The notes under the pieces were generated by a model, which made no database searches, was not told the origin of the DNA, and saw only the letters and a program-made list of their open reading frames with translations. Below are positions 47,638-57,047 of a stretch of DNA of 64,000 nucleotides, piece after piece. Source of the stretch: an uncultured Candidatus Rokubacteria bacterium (GTDB lineage Bacteria; Methylomirabilota; Methylomirabilia; Rokubacteriales; CSP1-6); NCBI GenBank assembly GCA_963789955.1, contig CAWBMV010000034.1, forward strand, positions 512,001 to 576,000, in the 5' to 3' direction. The translations under genes were made by a program, and so were the position numbers. The first letter of the stretch is position 1. Every line of letters begins with the position of its first letter.

Positions 47638-48579
47638 AGCGCTACAAGGACATCGCCGGCGACGGCGGCTCGAACATCGCGGGCCAGGTCGAGGCCCAGC
47701 AGGGCCGGCTGAAGAAGCGGCTCGAGTCGGTCCGGGCAATCGTCGCGATCGTCTCCGGCAAGGGCGGTGTGGGAAAATCGACGCTCACGGCGAGCCTGGC
47801 CTGCGCCTTCGCCCTCGACGGCTCGAAGGTCGGCGTGCTCGACGCGGATCTCAACGGCCCGACGCAGGCCAAGGTCCTGGGCGTGCGCGGCCGGCGCCTG
47901 GTCATCGCCGACGGTGTCGTCGAGCCGCCGGCCACGGACCTGGGCGTGAAGGTGATGTCGATGGACCTGCTGCTGCCGACCGACGCCGCGCCGCTCACCT
48001 GGGATGCGCCGGTGCAGGACGAGGCGCACACGTGGCGCGGCGCCATGGAGGCGAATGCGCTCCGCGAGTTCCTGGCGGACACCGAACTGGGGCACGCTCG
48101 ACCTCTTGCTGCTCGATCTGCCGCCCGGCACCGACCGGCTCGCGACGATCGCGTCGCTCGTCCCGACGCTCTCGGGAATCGTGGTCGTGACGATCCCGTC
48201 CGACGTGTCGCATCTGGTGGTGAGACGATCGATCACGGTGGCGGCCAACACGCGGGCGCCGGTGCTCGGGCTGGTCGAGAACATGTCCGGCCTCTTCGTG
48301 GGGCCCGACGCCTCCAGGCTCGCCGCGGACGCCGGGATCCCCTTCCTCGGCAGCGTGCCGTTCGATCGGGCGCTCGCCGTCGCCGGCGATCAGGGCGATC
48401 CGTTCGTCGCCAGCGCGCCGGAGCGCATGGCCGCGATGGCTCTCAGGCGAATTGCCGAGGGAATCCGCAGCCGCGCTGGCCCCGCGGCCGGTGTGATCGC
48501 GGTCGGACAAAGAAATCGGCCCCGGACAGAGCCGGGGCCGAGGCGTATCCGCGAGAGAGTTTTCTCTACTGGCAGTTGA
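47634..48579 (+). CDS. Mrp/ApbC/NBP35 P-loop ATPase (frameshift near 48090; 3' end uncertain)
   Basis: SGKGGVGKST, LDADLNGP, VMSM, DLPPGTD, GLVENMS, FLGSVPFD. Confidence 0.88.
48510..48541 (-). terminator. Intrinsic terminator between convergent units
   Basis: TCGGCCCCGG / CCGGGGCCGA stem, with AAGAAA on the + strand giving a U-tract on the minus strand. Confidence 0.65.
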
Positions 48580-49261
48580 TCTTCGGATCCGGGGTGTAGC
48601 CGGCCACCTTGTACGTCAGCACGAAGTCGTCAGCCCACGCCTTCGGCTTGATCTGGCCGAGCTTGGTCTCGCCGTCCCACGCGATGACGTGCGAGCCTTC
48701 GGCGAGCTGCGCGACGCTGGCCTTCCCGCGCAGATAGTCGACGACCACCGACTTCGGAACGAACACGGCGGCAGTCTCCATGACCGCCTGCTGCCCGCTC
48801 GCGGGCTCGGCCTTCAGCCAGCTCGCGATCACGGTGAAGCCCTCGAGGTTGGGCTCCTTGATCAGATCGTTCGTGGCCATCGAGCGCAGGAGGTGCGGGA
48901 CGTAGCGCGAGAACATCGACGAGACTCGGTCCTGGACACTGAGGCGTACGAACTCAGGAGCCGGCTGCTGATCGACGTTGACGTTCAGCGAGAGGTAGCG
49001 AATGTCGCCTTCGATGTGCTTGGGCTTGTAGAAGCCGATTCCTTCCGGCTTCACGTCCAGCCAGGGCATGCAGTGATAGACCTTCGCGTTGAGGTCGCGA
49101 AGAGCTCCCTGATACTTCTGGCCGAGCGCGCGTCCCTTGTCCGAAGTGTACCGGTCGGGCTGAAGCACCCGGTCGGTCGGCGCCTCGGCGGCCGAAGCCG
49201 GGTTGACAAGGAAGGTCAGGGTCGCGGCGGCGGCCATTCCAACGATCGCGCGTCCGAGCAT
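48566..49261 (-). CDS. Secreted hypothetical protein
   Basis: Signal peptide (ASA-AE), clean reading frame, no recognised domain. Confidence 0.75.
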   Translation of the reverse strand: MLGRAIVGMAAAATLTFLVNPASAAEAPTDRVLQPDRYTSDKGRALGQKYQGALRDLNAKVYHCMPWLDVKPEGIGFYKPKHIEGDIRYLSLNVNVDQQPAPEFVRLSVQDRVSSMFSRYVPHLLRSMATNDLIKEPNLEGFTVIASWLKAEPASGQQAVMETAAVFVPKSVVVDYLRGKASVAQLAEGSHVIAWDGETKLGQIKPKAWADDFVLTYKVAGYTPDPKINCQ

Positions 49262-49288
49262 TCGTGTTTTTCATGCGTGACACAGGTG

Positions 49289-49304
49289 GCATGTGTCGTG
49301 CCAG
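49289..49304 (-). promoter_or_regulatory. Putative sigma54 (-24/-12) promoter
   Basis: CTGGCACG-ACAC-ATGC (GG-N10-GC), about 28 nt before ATG 49261. Confidence 0.55.
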
Positions 49305-49423
49305 CCCTGGAGCGTCCCGTAAGCCTTTGGATCTTCGAGAGTCCCGGCGTAGCGCCAGGGATATCCCTGACGCCAAACTGCCCCCCGAACCGTCAAAAGG
49401 TGTCGGTGTGCCCTCAGATGGGC

Positions 49424-49678
49424 TTAACGCTCGAGGATCTGGTCCTGATTGACGGTGACGGCCTTGCCGAACCAGTTCTGGCTCTGAGCCATGGCGACGT
49501 CCTGGCGCGTCACGTTCGGCGAGCCGCCACTGTTCTTCATCGAGAAGTCGAAGTGCTCCTTCGACGCGAAGTGGCTCGTGTTCGACCGCCACGTGTTCCA
49601 CTCCTCGCCCGACGCGCAGCCGCCAGCTAGCAGGAGTGCGGTTCCCATCACGACTGAGCGCCAGTGCTTCCCGTACAT
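49424..49678 (-). CDS. Small lipoprotein
   Basis: Lipobox LAGGC; GGAG...AGGG upstream. Confidence 0.7.
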   Translation of the reverse strand: MYGKHWRSVVMGTALLLAGGCASGEEWNTWRSNTSHFASKEHFDFSMKNSGGSPNVTRQDVAMAQSQNWFGKAVTVNQDQILER

Positions 49679-49804
49679 GGCCAGACCCTCCTAGGGAGTT
49701 CGGACTGCGCGGTATCCTACAGTCGCTGGGGGAGCAGGTCAATCGGCCGTTCGTGCTAGACTTCCACTTACAACGTCGAGGAGAGGGGACTCGATCGCGA
49801 TCCT

Positions 49805-50689
49805 ATGGACGGCCTGAAACTCCACTCCCGCCCGGCTGGGCTTCGCCGACCGATCCTGATCATGGCGTTCGGCGGCTGGAACGACGCCGCCGAGTCGGCG
49901 ACGACGGCAGTCAAGTACCTGGGCACGTCCTTCCACGCCCAAAAGTTCGCCGAGATCGACCCGGAGGAGTTCTATCACTTCGGCCTTTCCCGACCGTATG
50001 TTCGCTTCAAGCAAGGCTCCGAGACGGAGCGCGAGATCACCTGGCCGACCACCGAGTTCTCGATCGCCCAGACGCCCGAGCTGGCTCGTGATGTCATCGT
50101 CGGGGTGGCCGTCGAGCCTCACCTTCGCTGGAAGACCTACTGCAACCTCGTCCTCGAGCTGGCACGGAGCTGTGACGTCGGCCTGGTCCTGACCCTCGGA
50201 GCGTTGCTCGCCGAGGTGCCCCACACCCGCCCTGTCCGGCTCTCCGGCAGCGCGTCCGACCCGGAGCTCGGCGCCCGCCTCGGGGTCCGTCCGACCCGGT
50301 ACGAGGGGCCGACCGGCATCGTCGGGGTGCTGAACACGATCTGCCGCGAGCAAGGATTCGCCTGGGCCAGCCTCTGGGCCAACGTGCCGCACTATATCTC
50401 GGGCATCGAGAATCCCAAGGCTACCCTGGCCCTCCTCCGCCGGGTCGCCCCGCTCGTGGGCGCCACCTTGGACACGAACGATCTCGACGAGGCCGGCAAG
50501 CAATTCGACACGAACCTGAAAGAGATCGTCGCCCAGAACAACAAGATCGCGAACTACGTCAAGAAGCTCGAGGCGCGCGATACCGAAGAGCCCGCACCGG
50601 GGGCTCCGGGAGGCCAGAGCGATCTTCCGCCGGCGGCCGAGCTGGTCGCCGAAATCGAGCAGTTCCTCCGTCAGCAGCGTCCGGAGTGA
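49805..50689 (+). CDS. PAC2-family (proteasome assembly chaperone-like) protein
   Basis: AFGGWNDAAE, IDPEEFY.F...RP, EPHLRW, LGALLAEVPHTRP, YEGPTGIVG, WANVPHY. Confidence 0.88.
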   Translation: MDGLKLHSRPAGLRRPILIMAFGGWNDAAESATTAVKYLGTSFHAQKFAEIDPEEFYHFGLSRPYVRFKQGSETEREITWPTTEFSIAQTPELARDVIVGVAVEPHLRWKTYCNLVLELARSCDVGLVLTLGALLAEVPHTRPVRLSGSASDPELGARLGVRPTRYEGPTGIVGVLNTICREQGFAWASLWANVPHYISGIENPKATLALLRRVAPLVGATLDTNDLDEAGKQFDTNLKEIVAQNNKIANYVKKLEARDTEEPAPGAPGGQSDLPPAAELVAEIEQFLRQQRPE

Positions 50690-51558
50690 CCTGGGCCGGG
50701 CTCCTTCTCGCCACGCTCGGCCTCCTTTTCACGGCAGAAGCTTCCGCCGCGGCCGAAAAGACCACCGTCGCCTGGCATCCTTCGAAACCACGGGTGGGTG
50801 ACGTCGCCTGGATCCTCGTGCAGGACGTGACCGACACCGGAATCGTCGAGGGCTCGGTCGACGGCAAGCCCCTGACGTTTTTTCCGTACGCGGGCGGTTA
50901 CGCGGCGCTGTTCGGTATCGATCTGGACACGAAGCCCGGCAACCATGCCTGGCGGGTCGGCGTCGTCGAGCCCGGGCGCGAGCCCCGAAGCGCACAGGGA
51001 ATCGTGAAGATCCTCCGCCGTGACTTCCACGTGGAGCGGCTGACCGTGCCGAACACGATGGTCGACCTCGATCCCGAGACCGAGCGCCGCGCGGTCGCCG
51101 AGGGCAAGCAGCTCGCGACGCTCTACCGCACCATCACCCCCGAGCGAATCTGGCGCGGAAAGTTCACGGCGCCGGTGGGCACGACGAAGGCGGGCACCGG
51201 ATTCGGCGCGCGCCGGATCATCAACGGCCAGCCGCGCTCACCCCACTCGGGCAACGACTACTCGGCGCCGAAGGGAACTCCCGTGATCGCGGTGAACGCC
51301 GGCAAGGTCGCTCTCGTCGGCGAGTTCTTCTTCCCGGGGCGGCTCGTCATCCTCGACCACGGCCTCGGACTCTACACCGCCTACTTCCATCTCGACACGA
51401 TCGCGGTCGTCGAAGGTGAGCGCGTCGAGCGCGGACAGACCTTGGGGACGGTGGGAGCGACGGGTCGGGCCACAGGCCCGCACCTGCACTTCGGGGCCCA
51501 GGTGGCCGGGGCGAGAATCGATCCCACGACCCTCCTGGGCCTCTCGCTGATCGACTAA
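50686..51558 (+). CDS. M23-family metallopeptidase
   Basis: HSGND (HxxxD), ILDHG, GRATGPHLH. Confidence 0.9.
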   Translation: MTWAGLLLATLGLLFTAEASAAAEKTTVAWHPSKPRVGDVAWILVQDVTDTGIVEGSVDGKPLTFFPYAGGYAALFGIDLDTKPGNHAWRVGVVEPGREPRSAQGIVKILRRDFHVERLTVPNTMVDLDPETERRAVAEGKQLATLYRTITPERIWRGKFTAPVGTTKAGTGFGARRIINGQPRSPHSGNDYSAPKGTPVIAVNAGKVALVGEFFFPGRLVILDHGLGLYTAYFHLDTIAVVEGERVERGQTLGTVGATGRATGPHLHFGAQVAGARIDPTTLLGLSLID

Positions 51559-51854
51559 CGGCGCCGGCGCGCCTTCGCTTTCTTCTTGCCCTTGCGCTTG
51601 GCGGACGCCTTGGCTTTGGCCTTCGCCTTTTTCTTCGGACGGGCCTTGGCCTTCTTGCGCGCTTTTGCCTTCGCCTTGGGCTTCGGCTTCGCCGCCATCG
51701 GGGCGGCGGGTGCCGGTGGCGCCGGCCGTGGCGGTGCCGGCCGCGGGGGCGCGGGAGCCATCGGGGTCGGCGGCGTCATCGGGGCTGGTGGTGGACTCCA
51801 GGGCTCGGGCTGACCGAACGGGCGTTCCATCGTCTCCTCCATGTTTGTCATCAC
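51555..51854 (-). CDS. Small Pro-rich, Lys/Ala-rich basic protein (histone H1-like tail)
   Basis: PAPPRPAPP repeats followed by KPKPKAKAKARKKAKARPKKKAKAK...RRR. Confidence 0.6.
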   Translation of the reverse strand: MMTNMEETMERPFGQPEPWSPPPAPMTPPTPMAPAPPRPAPPRPAPPAPAAPMAAKPKPKAKAKARKKAKARPKKKAKAKAKASAKRKGKKKAKARRRR

Positions 51855-51919
51855 GTGGGGACGTTCACTCGCGTAGGTTCTACCCTGCGGTCGACGGCCT
51901 CACGAGCGCAAGAAAGAAA

Positions 51920-52940
51920 TTAAACCGCGATGCGCGCACGCAGCCGCGCGGCGTGCGCGGCGAGCGCCCGATTGGACCAGACGGTGACCGCCGACTGCGC
52001 CAGCAAGGTGCGCACGGCGCCGCGCGAGATCTTGATCGGCGTCTTCACGCTCAAGGGATTCGGATGGGCGGCGAGCTCGCGCCAAGGTACCCAATCCGAT
52101 CATGAGAGGCCACGCGCAGGCCAGCCGCATGCGCCACTCGAGCCGCGGGATCGCGAGCGTGTAGTCCCAGGCGACGTTGTAGTGCTCGAGCGCCAGCCCG
52201 ACCAGCCGCCGATACAGCGGCAGCGCGCGGGCCGCGCCCGCGGGCTCGAGCAGGTCGCGCGGTCCCAGCCCCAGGGCGGCCAGCTCGCGCGCCGGCAGGT
52301 AGCACCGGCCATGGGCGAGATCGCCCGGCACGTCGCGCAGGACGTTGGTGAGCTGCAGCGCCTTGCCGAAGCTGACGCCCTCCTCGCTCATCTCGCGAAG
52401 GGCCCAGTCGCCGAGCCGTTTGCGATGCGTCACGTGGAGCACCGTCCAGAACGGCCCGACGCAGCCGGCCACCATGTAGATGTAGTGATCGAGCTCCTCG
52501 AGTGTCTCGATCGCGGCCAGCCCGTTTTCGTCCTCGCCGGGGAAGCGCGTCAGGTCGAAGATCATCCCCGACGTCAACGTGGCCAGCACCGCCCGGACCT
52601 CGTGACGGTCGGTCGGCGTCAGGGCCTCGAGTCGAGCGAGCGCCTCGGGGAGCCGCTCGAGCAGCCGCCGCTCGGCCGCGTGGGTCTGGTGGGGCGCGCA
52701 CGCGCGAGCGACCCCGGCGACGTCGGCCGGCTCCCCACCGCAGGCCCGCCGCACCGTTTCCAGGTGGGTCAGGCGGTCCTTGCGCGCGACGAGCTTGGTG
52801 TCGGTGATGGTGTCGGCCGCGCGAGCCAGCAGATAGGCCAGGCCGATCGGCTCGCGCAGGGCGCTCGGAAGGACGGCAAGAGAAAGGTAGAAGCTTCGGC
52901 TGACCTGCCGCAGGAGATTGCCCAGCAGGTCGCCGCTCAT
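51920..52940 (-). CDS. Squalene/phytoene synthase family protein (frameshift near 52080)
   Basis: VSRSF, YLLARAADTITD, YIYMVAGCVG, GKALQLTNVLRD...GRCYLP. Confidence 0.88.
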
Positions 52941-52941
52941 G

Positions 52942-53238
52942 CTACTCGTGGTCGAACGGTCGCTTCGGTGGGCTCGGATCGTCCTTGGCCTTCTTCAGGC
53001 CCTCCTGGAACTTGCGGTCGAGCAGCTTGCCTTTCTCGCCCTCGGCGCGGAGCTGCTCCTTGAAGCGCTCCTCACGCTCGGCGGACTTGCTGCGAAGCTT
53101 GTCGAACGCGGCACCCAGGTCGTCGACGGACCGCGTCGGGGGCGGGGCCTCGTGCGAGATGATGGCCCGGAGCTCGGCGTCGAGCGTGAGCTTGGCCTTG
53201 CAGCACGGGCACTCGACGGTGAACGACGCGTCCGCCAT
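52942..53238 (-). CDS. Small hypothetical protein with N-terminal CPCC and a coiled coil
   Basis: VECPCC..L.LD, charged helical C-terminus; own promoter-like elements. Confidence 0.7.
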   Translation of the reverse strand: MADASFTVECPCCKAKLTLDAELRAIISHEAPPPTRSVDDLGAAFDKLRSKSAEREERFKEQLRAEGEKGKLLDRKFQEGLKKAKDDPSPPKRPFDHE

Positions 53239-53294
53239 GGCGTCAAGCTAGCAGCGCGGCCCCAAAGGCGTCAAGCCGTGCGACAATGCCGCCG

Positions 53295-54212
53295 ATGGCC
53301 GATCTCGCCAACGAGTTTTCCTGGTCCCGAAGCCGGGACAACACCTTTCAGGAATGTCGGCGGCGGTACTTCTACCACTACTACGGCGCGTGGGGCGGAT
53401 GGGACGCGTCCGCGCCCGAGGACATCCGCCGTCTCTACATCCTCAAGCAGCTCGCGTCGCGCCAGATGTGGGCCGGGCGAGTGGTTCACGACGCGATCGA
53501 GATGGCATTCCACGCGTTCGCCGACGGCCACGAGCTGCCGATCGAGCCGTTCATCGCCGACGTGGTCGAGCGGATGCGCGGCGAGTGGCGCTCGTCGAAG
53601 GCCGCGCGCTACCGTGACAATCCCAAGACGCTCGCGCTGTTCGAGCACGAATACGCCATCGACCTGAAGCCCGAGGTGTGGCAGGCGCTCTCGCGCAACG
53701 TCGGCCTCTGCCTGCGTAACTTCTTCCGCCTGCCGCTGGTCGCGTCGATCCGCAAGACCTCGCCCGAGCACTGGTCGATCGAGCACTGGTCGAAGGTCTT
53801 TCAGTTCGAGGGGACGGCGGTGTGGATGGCGCCGGACTTCGGATTCTGGAACGACGACGGACGGCTGGCCCTCGTCGACTGGAAGACGGGCGGCTCGACG
53901 CCGGACGGCGCCGCCTTCCAGCTCGGCTGCTACGCGCTCTACGCCGCCGAGGTGCTCGGCGTGCCGCCGGCCAAGGTCGACCTGTTCGAGGCGAATCTGC
54001 GCGAGCCCGAGGTGACGCAGCTCACGTGGAGCGACGAGCGGCTCTCGGCCATCAAGGAGCAGCTCCGTCTCTCGGTGCGCTCGATGAAAGCGTATCTGGT
54101 CGATCCGGCCGCGAACGTCGCCGCGATCGCCGACTTCGAGAAGGCCGAAGACCTGAGAATCTGCAAATGGTGCAACTTCCGCGCGGTGTGCCGCCCGGAG
54201 CTCGGCTCGTAG
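53295..54212 (+). CDS. PD-(D/E)XK nuclease (RecB/AddB/Cas4-like)
   Basis: SWS...ECRRRY, G..VH, E...PD...LVDWKTG, QL..Y, C-terminal CKWCNFRAVC. Confidence 0.85.
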   Translation: MADLANEFSWSRSRDNTFQECRRRYFYHYYGAWGGWDASAPEDIRRLYILKQLASRQMWAGRVVHDAIEMAFHAFADGHELPIEPFIADVVERMRGEWRSSKAARYRDNPKTLALFEHEYAIDLKPEVWQALSRNVGLCLRNFFRLPLVASIRKTSPEHWSIEHWSKVFQFEGTAVWMAPDFGFWNDDGRLALVDWKTGGSTPDGAAFQLGCYALYAAEVLGVPPAKVDLFEANLREPEVTQLTWSDERLSAIKEQLRLSVRSMKAYLVDPAANVAAIADFEKAEDLRICKWCNFRAVCRPELGS

Positions 54213-54246
54213 TCTCCGTCCCCATTCGAACGAACAGGAGAGCATC

Positions 54247-55038
54247 GTGAGAGAGAACACGCTGAGGAAGATCTGGGCGCGTGGTGAAGCGGTCGTGAAC
54301 GGCTGGCTGTCGATTCCGAGCTCGTTCTCGGCCGAGGTGATGGCCCACCAGGGATTCGACTCGCTCACCGTGGACATGCAGCACGGCGTGGTGGACTACC
54401 AGACCGCGGTGACGATGCTCCAGGCGATCTCGACGACGCCGGTGATTCCGCTGGCGCGCGTGCCGTGGAATGACCCGGCGCTCCTGATGAAGATCCTCGA
54501 CGCCGGCGCGTACGGGGTGATCTGTCCGATGATCAACACGCGGGCTCAGGCCGAGGCGCTGGTCGCCGCGTGCAAGTACGCGCCGCGCGGCTATCGCAGC
54601 TGGGGGCCGGTGCGCGCCTCGATCTACGCGGGGTCCGACTACGGGGATCACGCCAACGACGATCTGATCGTGATGCCGATGATCGAGACCGCCGAGGCGG
54701 TGAAGAACATCGACGACATCCTGCGCGTGCCCGGCATCGACGCGGTCTACGTCGGCCCGTCGGATCTCTCGCTCACGATGGGCTGCAAGCCCCGGCTCGA
54801 TCAGACCGACGCGCCGGTCGTGGAGGCGCAGCTGAAGATCGTCGAGGCGTGCAAGCGTCACGGTGTGGCGGCCGGGATCCACAACGGCACCGCCGCCTAC
54901 GCGCTCAAGATGATCGCCGCCGGCTATCAGTTCGTGACCCTGGCGAGCGACAGCCGCTTCATGGCCGTCAAGGGCGCCGAAGAGGTCGCGGCCGTGCGCA
55001 AGACCGGTGTCAGCGCCGGCAAGGTGCCGGCCTACTAG
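54247..55038 (+). CDS. HpcH/HpaI aldolase family protein
   Basis: VDMQHG, ARVP, LDAGAYGVICPM, MIET, VGPSDLS. Confidence 0.92.
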   Translation: MRENTLRKIWARGEAVVNGWLSIPSSFSAEVMAHQGFDSLTVDMQHGVVDYQTAVTMLQAISTTPVIPLARVPWNDPALLMKILDAGAYGVICPMINTRAQAEALVAACKYAPRGYRSWGPVRASIYAGSDYGDHANDDLIVMPMIETAEAVKNIDDILRVPGIDAVYVGPSDLSLTMGCKPRLDQTDAPVVEAQLKIVEACKRHGVAAGIHNGTAAYALKMIAAGYQFVTLASDSRFMAVKGAEEVAAVRKTGVSAGKVPAY

Positions 55039-55052
55039 AGGTGCCCGTACCC

Positions 55053-55466
55053 ATGGGACTCGACGACACGAGCGTCCAGGGCTTTCTCGCGACGAAGGAG
55101 GTCGCGGTGCTGGCGACCCTGCAGGTCGACGGCGCGCCGCTGGCGATGCCGATGTGGTTCCTGCACGCGCCGGCGACGTTGACCATGATCAGCGTCGCGG
55201 ACACCCAGAAGGTGCGGAATCTGCGACGCGACCCGCGGGTGTCGGTCGTCGCCGAGGCGGTTACCGGCAGTGGCGAGATACGCGGGGTGACCGTGCAGGG
55301 GCGCGTCGAGTTCCTGTCGGACAGTCCCGAGCGTCGCGCGCTCGTCGACCGCTTCCACGAGAAGTATCGACGCCTCGAGAAGCTCTGGGACGGCAAGGCC
55401 ATGCCGGCGAATCGCGTCATGTTCCGGATCGTCCCCTCACGAGTGCGGAGCTGGGGGCTTGGATGA
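55053..55466 (+). CDS. Pyridoxamine 5'-phosphate oxidase-like (PPOX, split beta-barrel) protein
   Basis: LATL..DGAP...PMWF, KVRNLRRDPRVS, V.VQG. Confidence 0.85.
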   Translation: MGLDDTSVQGFLATKEVAVLATLQVDGAPLAMPMWFLHAPATLTMISVADTQKVRNLRRDPRVSVVAEAVTGSGEIRGVTVQGRVEFLSDSPERRALVDRFHEKYRRLEKLWDGKAMPANRVMFRIVPSRVRSWGLG

Positions 55467-56132
55467 TCTTGCCCGGCCGACGCCTGCGCCCGGAGACTCG
55501 CGGGAGCTGAACGGTCGATTCGACGCCGCGCTCAGGGCGCGGGTTCACCGGAATCTCGCCGGCTTCGCACGACAGCCGATCGCGCCCGACGGACGTCGTC
55601 CGGCTGCGGTCGCGGTCGTGCTGCTCCCCGATGAAGAAGGGCGCGCGTGCTTTCTCCTGACCCGGCGCACGGCGACCTTGCGCGCCCACGCGCGGCAGTG
55701 GGCGCTGCCCGGCGGGCGGATCGACGCCGGCGAGATCCGCCGAAGGCGCGGCGCTGCGCGAGCTCCGAGAGGAGGTCGGTCTCGGGCTCGAACCGAGCTC
55801 GATGCTCGGCCTGCTGGACGACTACGGCACGCGTTCGGGCTTCATCATCACTCCCGTCGTGACGTGGGCCGACGAGCACGTCGAGCTGACGCCGAATCCG
55901 GCGGAGGTCGCCCACGTGTACCGCGTGCCGCTCACCGAGCTCGACAAGCCCGATGTGCCGCGACTGATCACGATCCCCGAGAGCGACCGGCCGGTGATCC
56001 AGGTTCCGCTGCTCGTCGTCGCTCATCCACGCACCGACGGCCGCCGTGCTGTACCAGATCCGCGAGGTCGTCGTCCACGGCCGACCCACGCGAGTCGCCC
56101 ACTTCGAGCAGCCGACCTGGGCCTGGAAGTAA
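55459..56132 (+). CDS. CoA pyrophosphatase (NUDIX), frameshifted
   Basis: AAVA, LTRR...[39 protein letters not shown]. Confidence 0.85.
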
Positions 56133-56265
56133 TCGACGCGGTTGTTGAGCGGGGCCATGAGGCCGGCTTTGACCGAGGGGGGCCTGAGACAGACGCGACC
56201 CGGCTCCGTCGGCAAACCCGATCGGCGACAACATGTATTCTCGTGTGGCTCAGGAGGGGGACTGG

Positions 56266-57047
56266 ATGGGCGTGCTCGATGGACAGGTTGCGATCGTCAC
56301 CGGCGCCGGCAGCGGGATCGGCCGGGAGACGGCGAAGCTGCTGGCGGCCGAGGGCGCCCAGGTCGTGGTCACGGGGCGGCGGCAAGGCAGCCGCTGGAGG
56401 CCGTCGTCGCCGAGATCGGCGCGGCTCGCGGGCGGGCGGCGGCCCGTCCGGTGGACATCGAGAATCGGGAGGCGGCGATCGGGCTCGTCCAGTGGACGGT
56501 CGACACGTTCGGCCGGGTCGACGTGCTCGTCAACAATGCCGGCTACTCGAGCCGGGCACGCTCGATCCGCTGGGTGCCGAAGGACGAGTGGGACGGGGTG
56601 ATCAACGTCAACCTGAACGCGGTCTACACGCTGACCCAGGCGGTCCTGCCCGGCATGATCGAGCGAGGCGGGGGCACCATCGTGACCGTGTCCTCGGCGG
56701 CGGCGCTGCGGCCCGGGCTGATCGGCGGCGCGCCGTACGGCGCGGCCAAGGCCGGCGTGCGGAACCTCATGGGCCACGTCCACAACGTCCTGCGCGCCAA
56801 AGGCATCAGGGCCACCACGATCATGCCGGGCGAGGTCGACACGCCGATCCTGTCGCGGCGCCCTCTGGTGCCCGACGACAAGGCGCGGGCGACGATGATG
56901 CAAGCAGAGGACGTGGCACGGGCGGTGCTCCTCTGCGCGACCTTGCCGCCGCGGACCGTGATCGAGGAGATCGTCATGAGTCCGACGATCGCGCGCGATT
57001 GGAGCGTGGACGTCGCGGTGGCGGCCCGCGAAGGGGGACCGGAATGA
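56266..57047 (+). CDS. SDR oxidoreductase (frameshift near 56385)
   Basis: [23 protein letters not shown]. Confidence 0.9.

Noticed and set aside
53295..54212. CRISPR-associated cas4
   Set aside because: No repeat-spacer array or other cas genes are present in the window.
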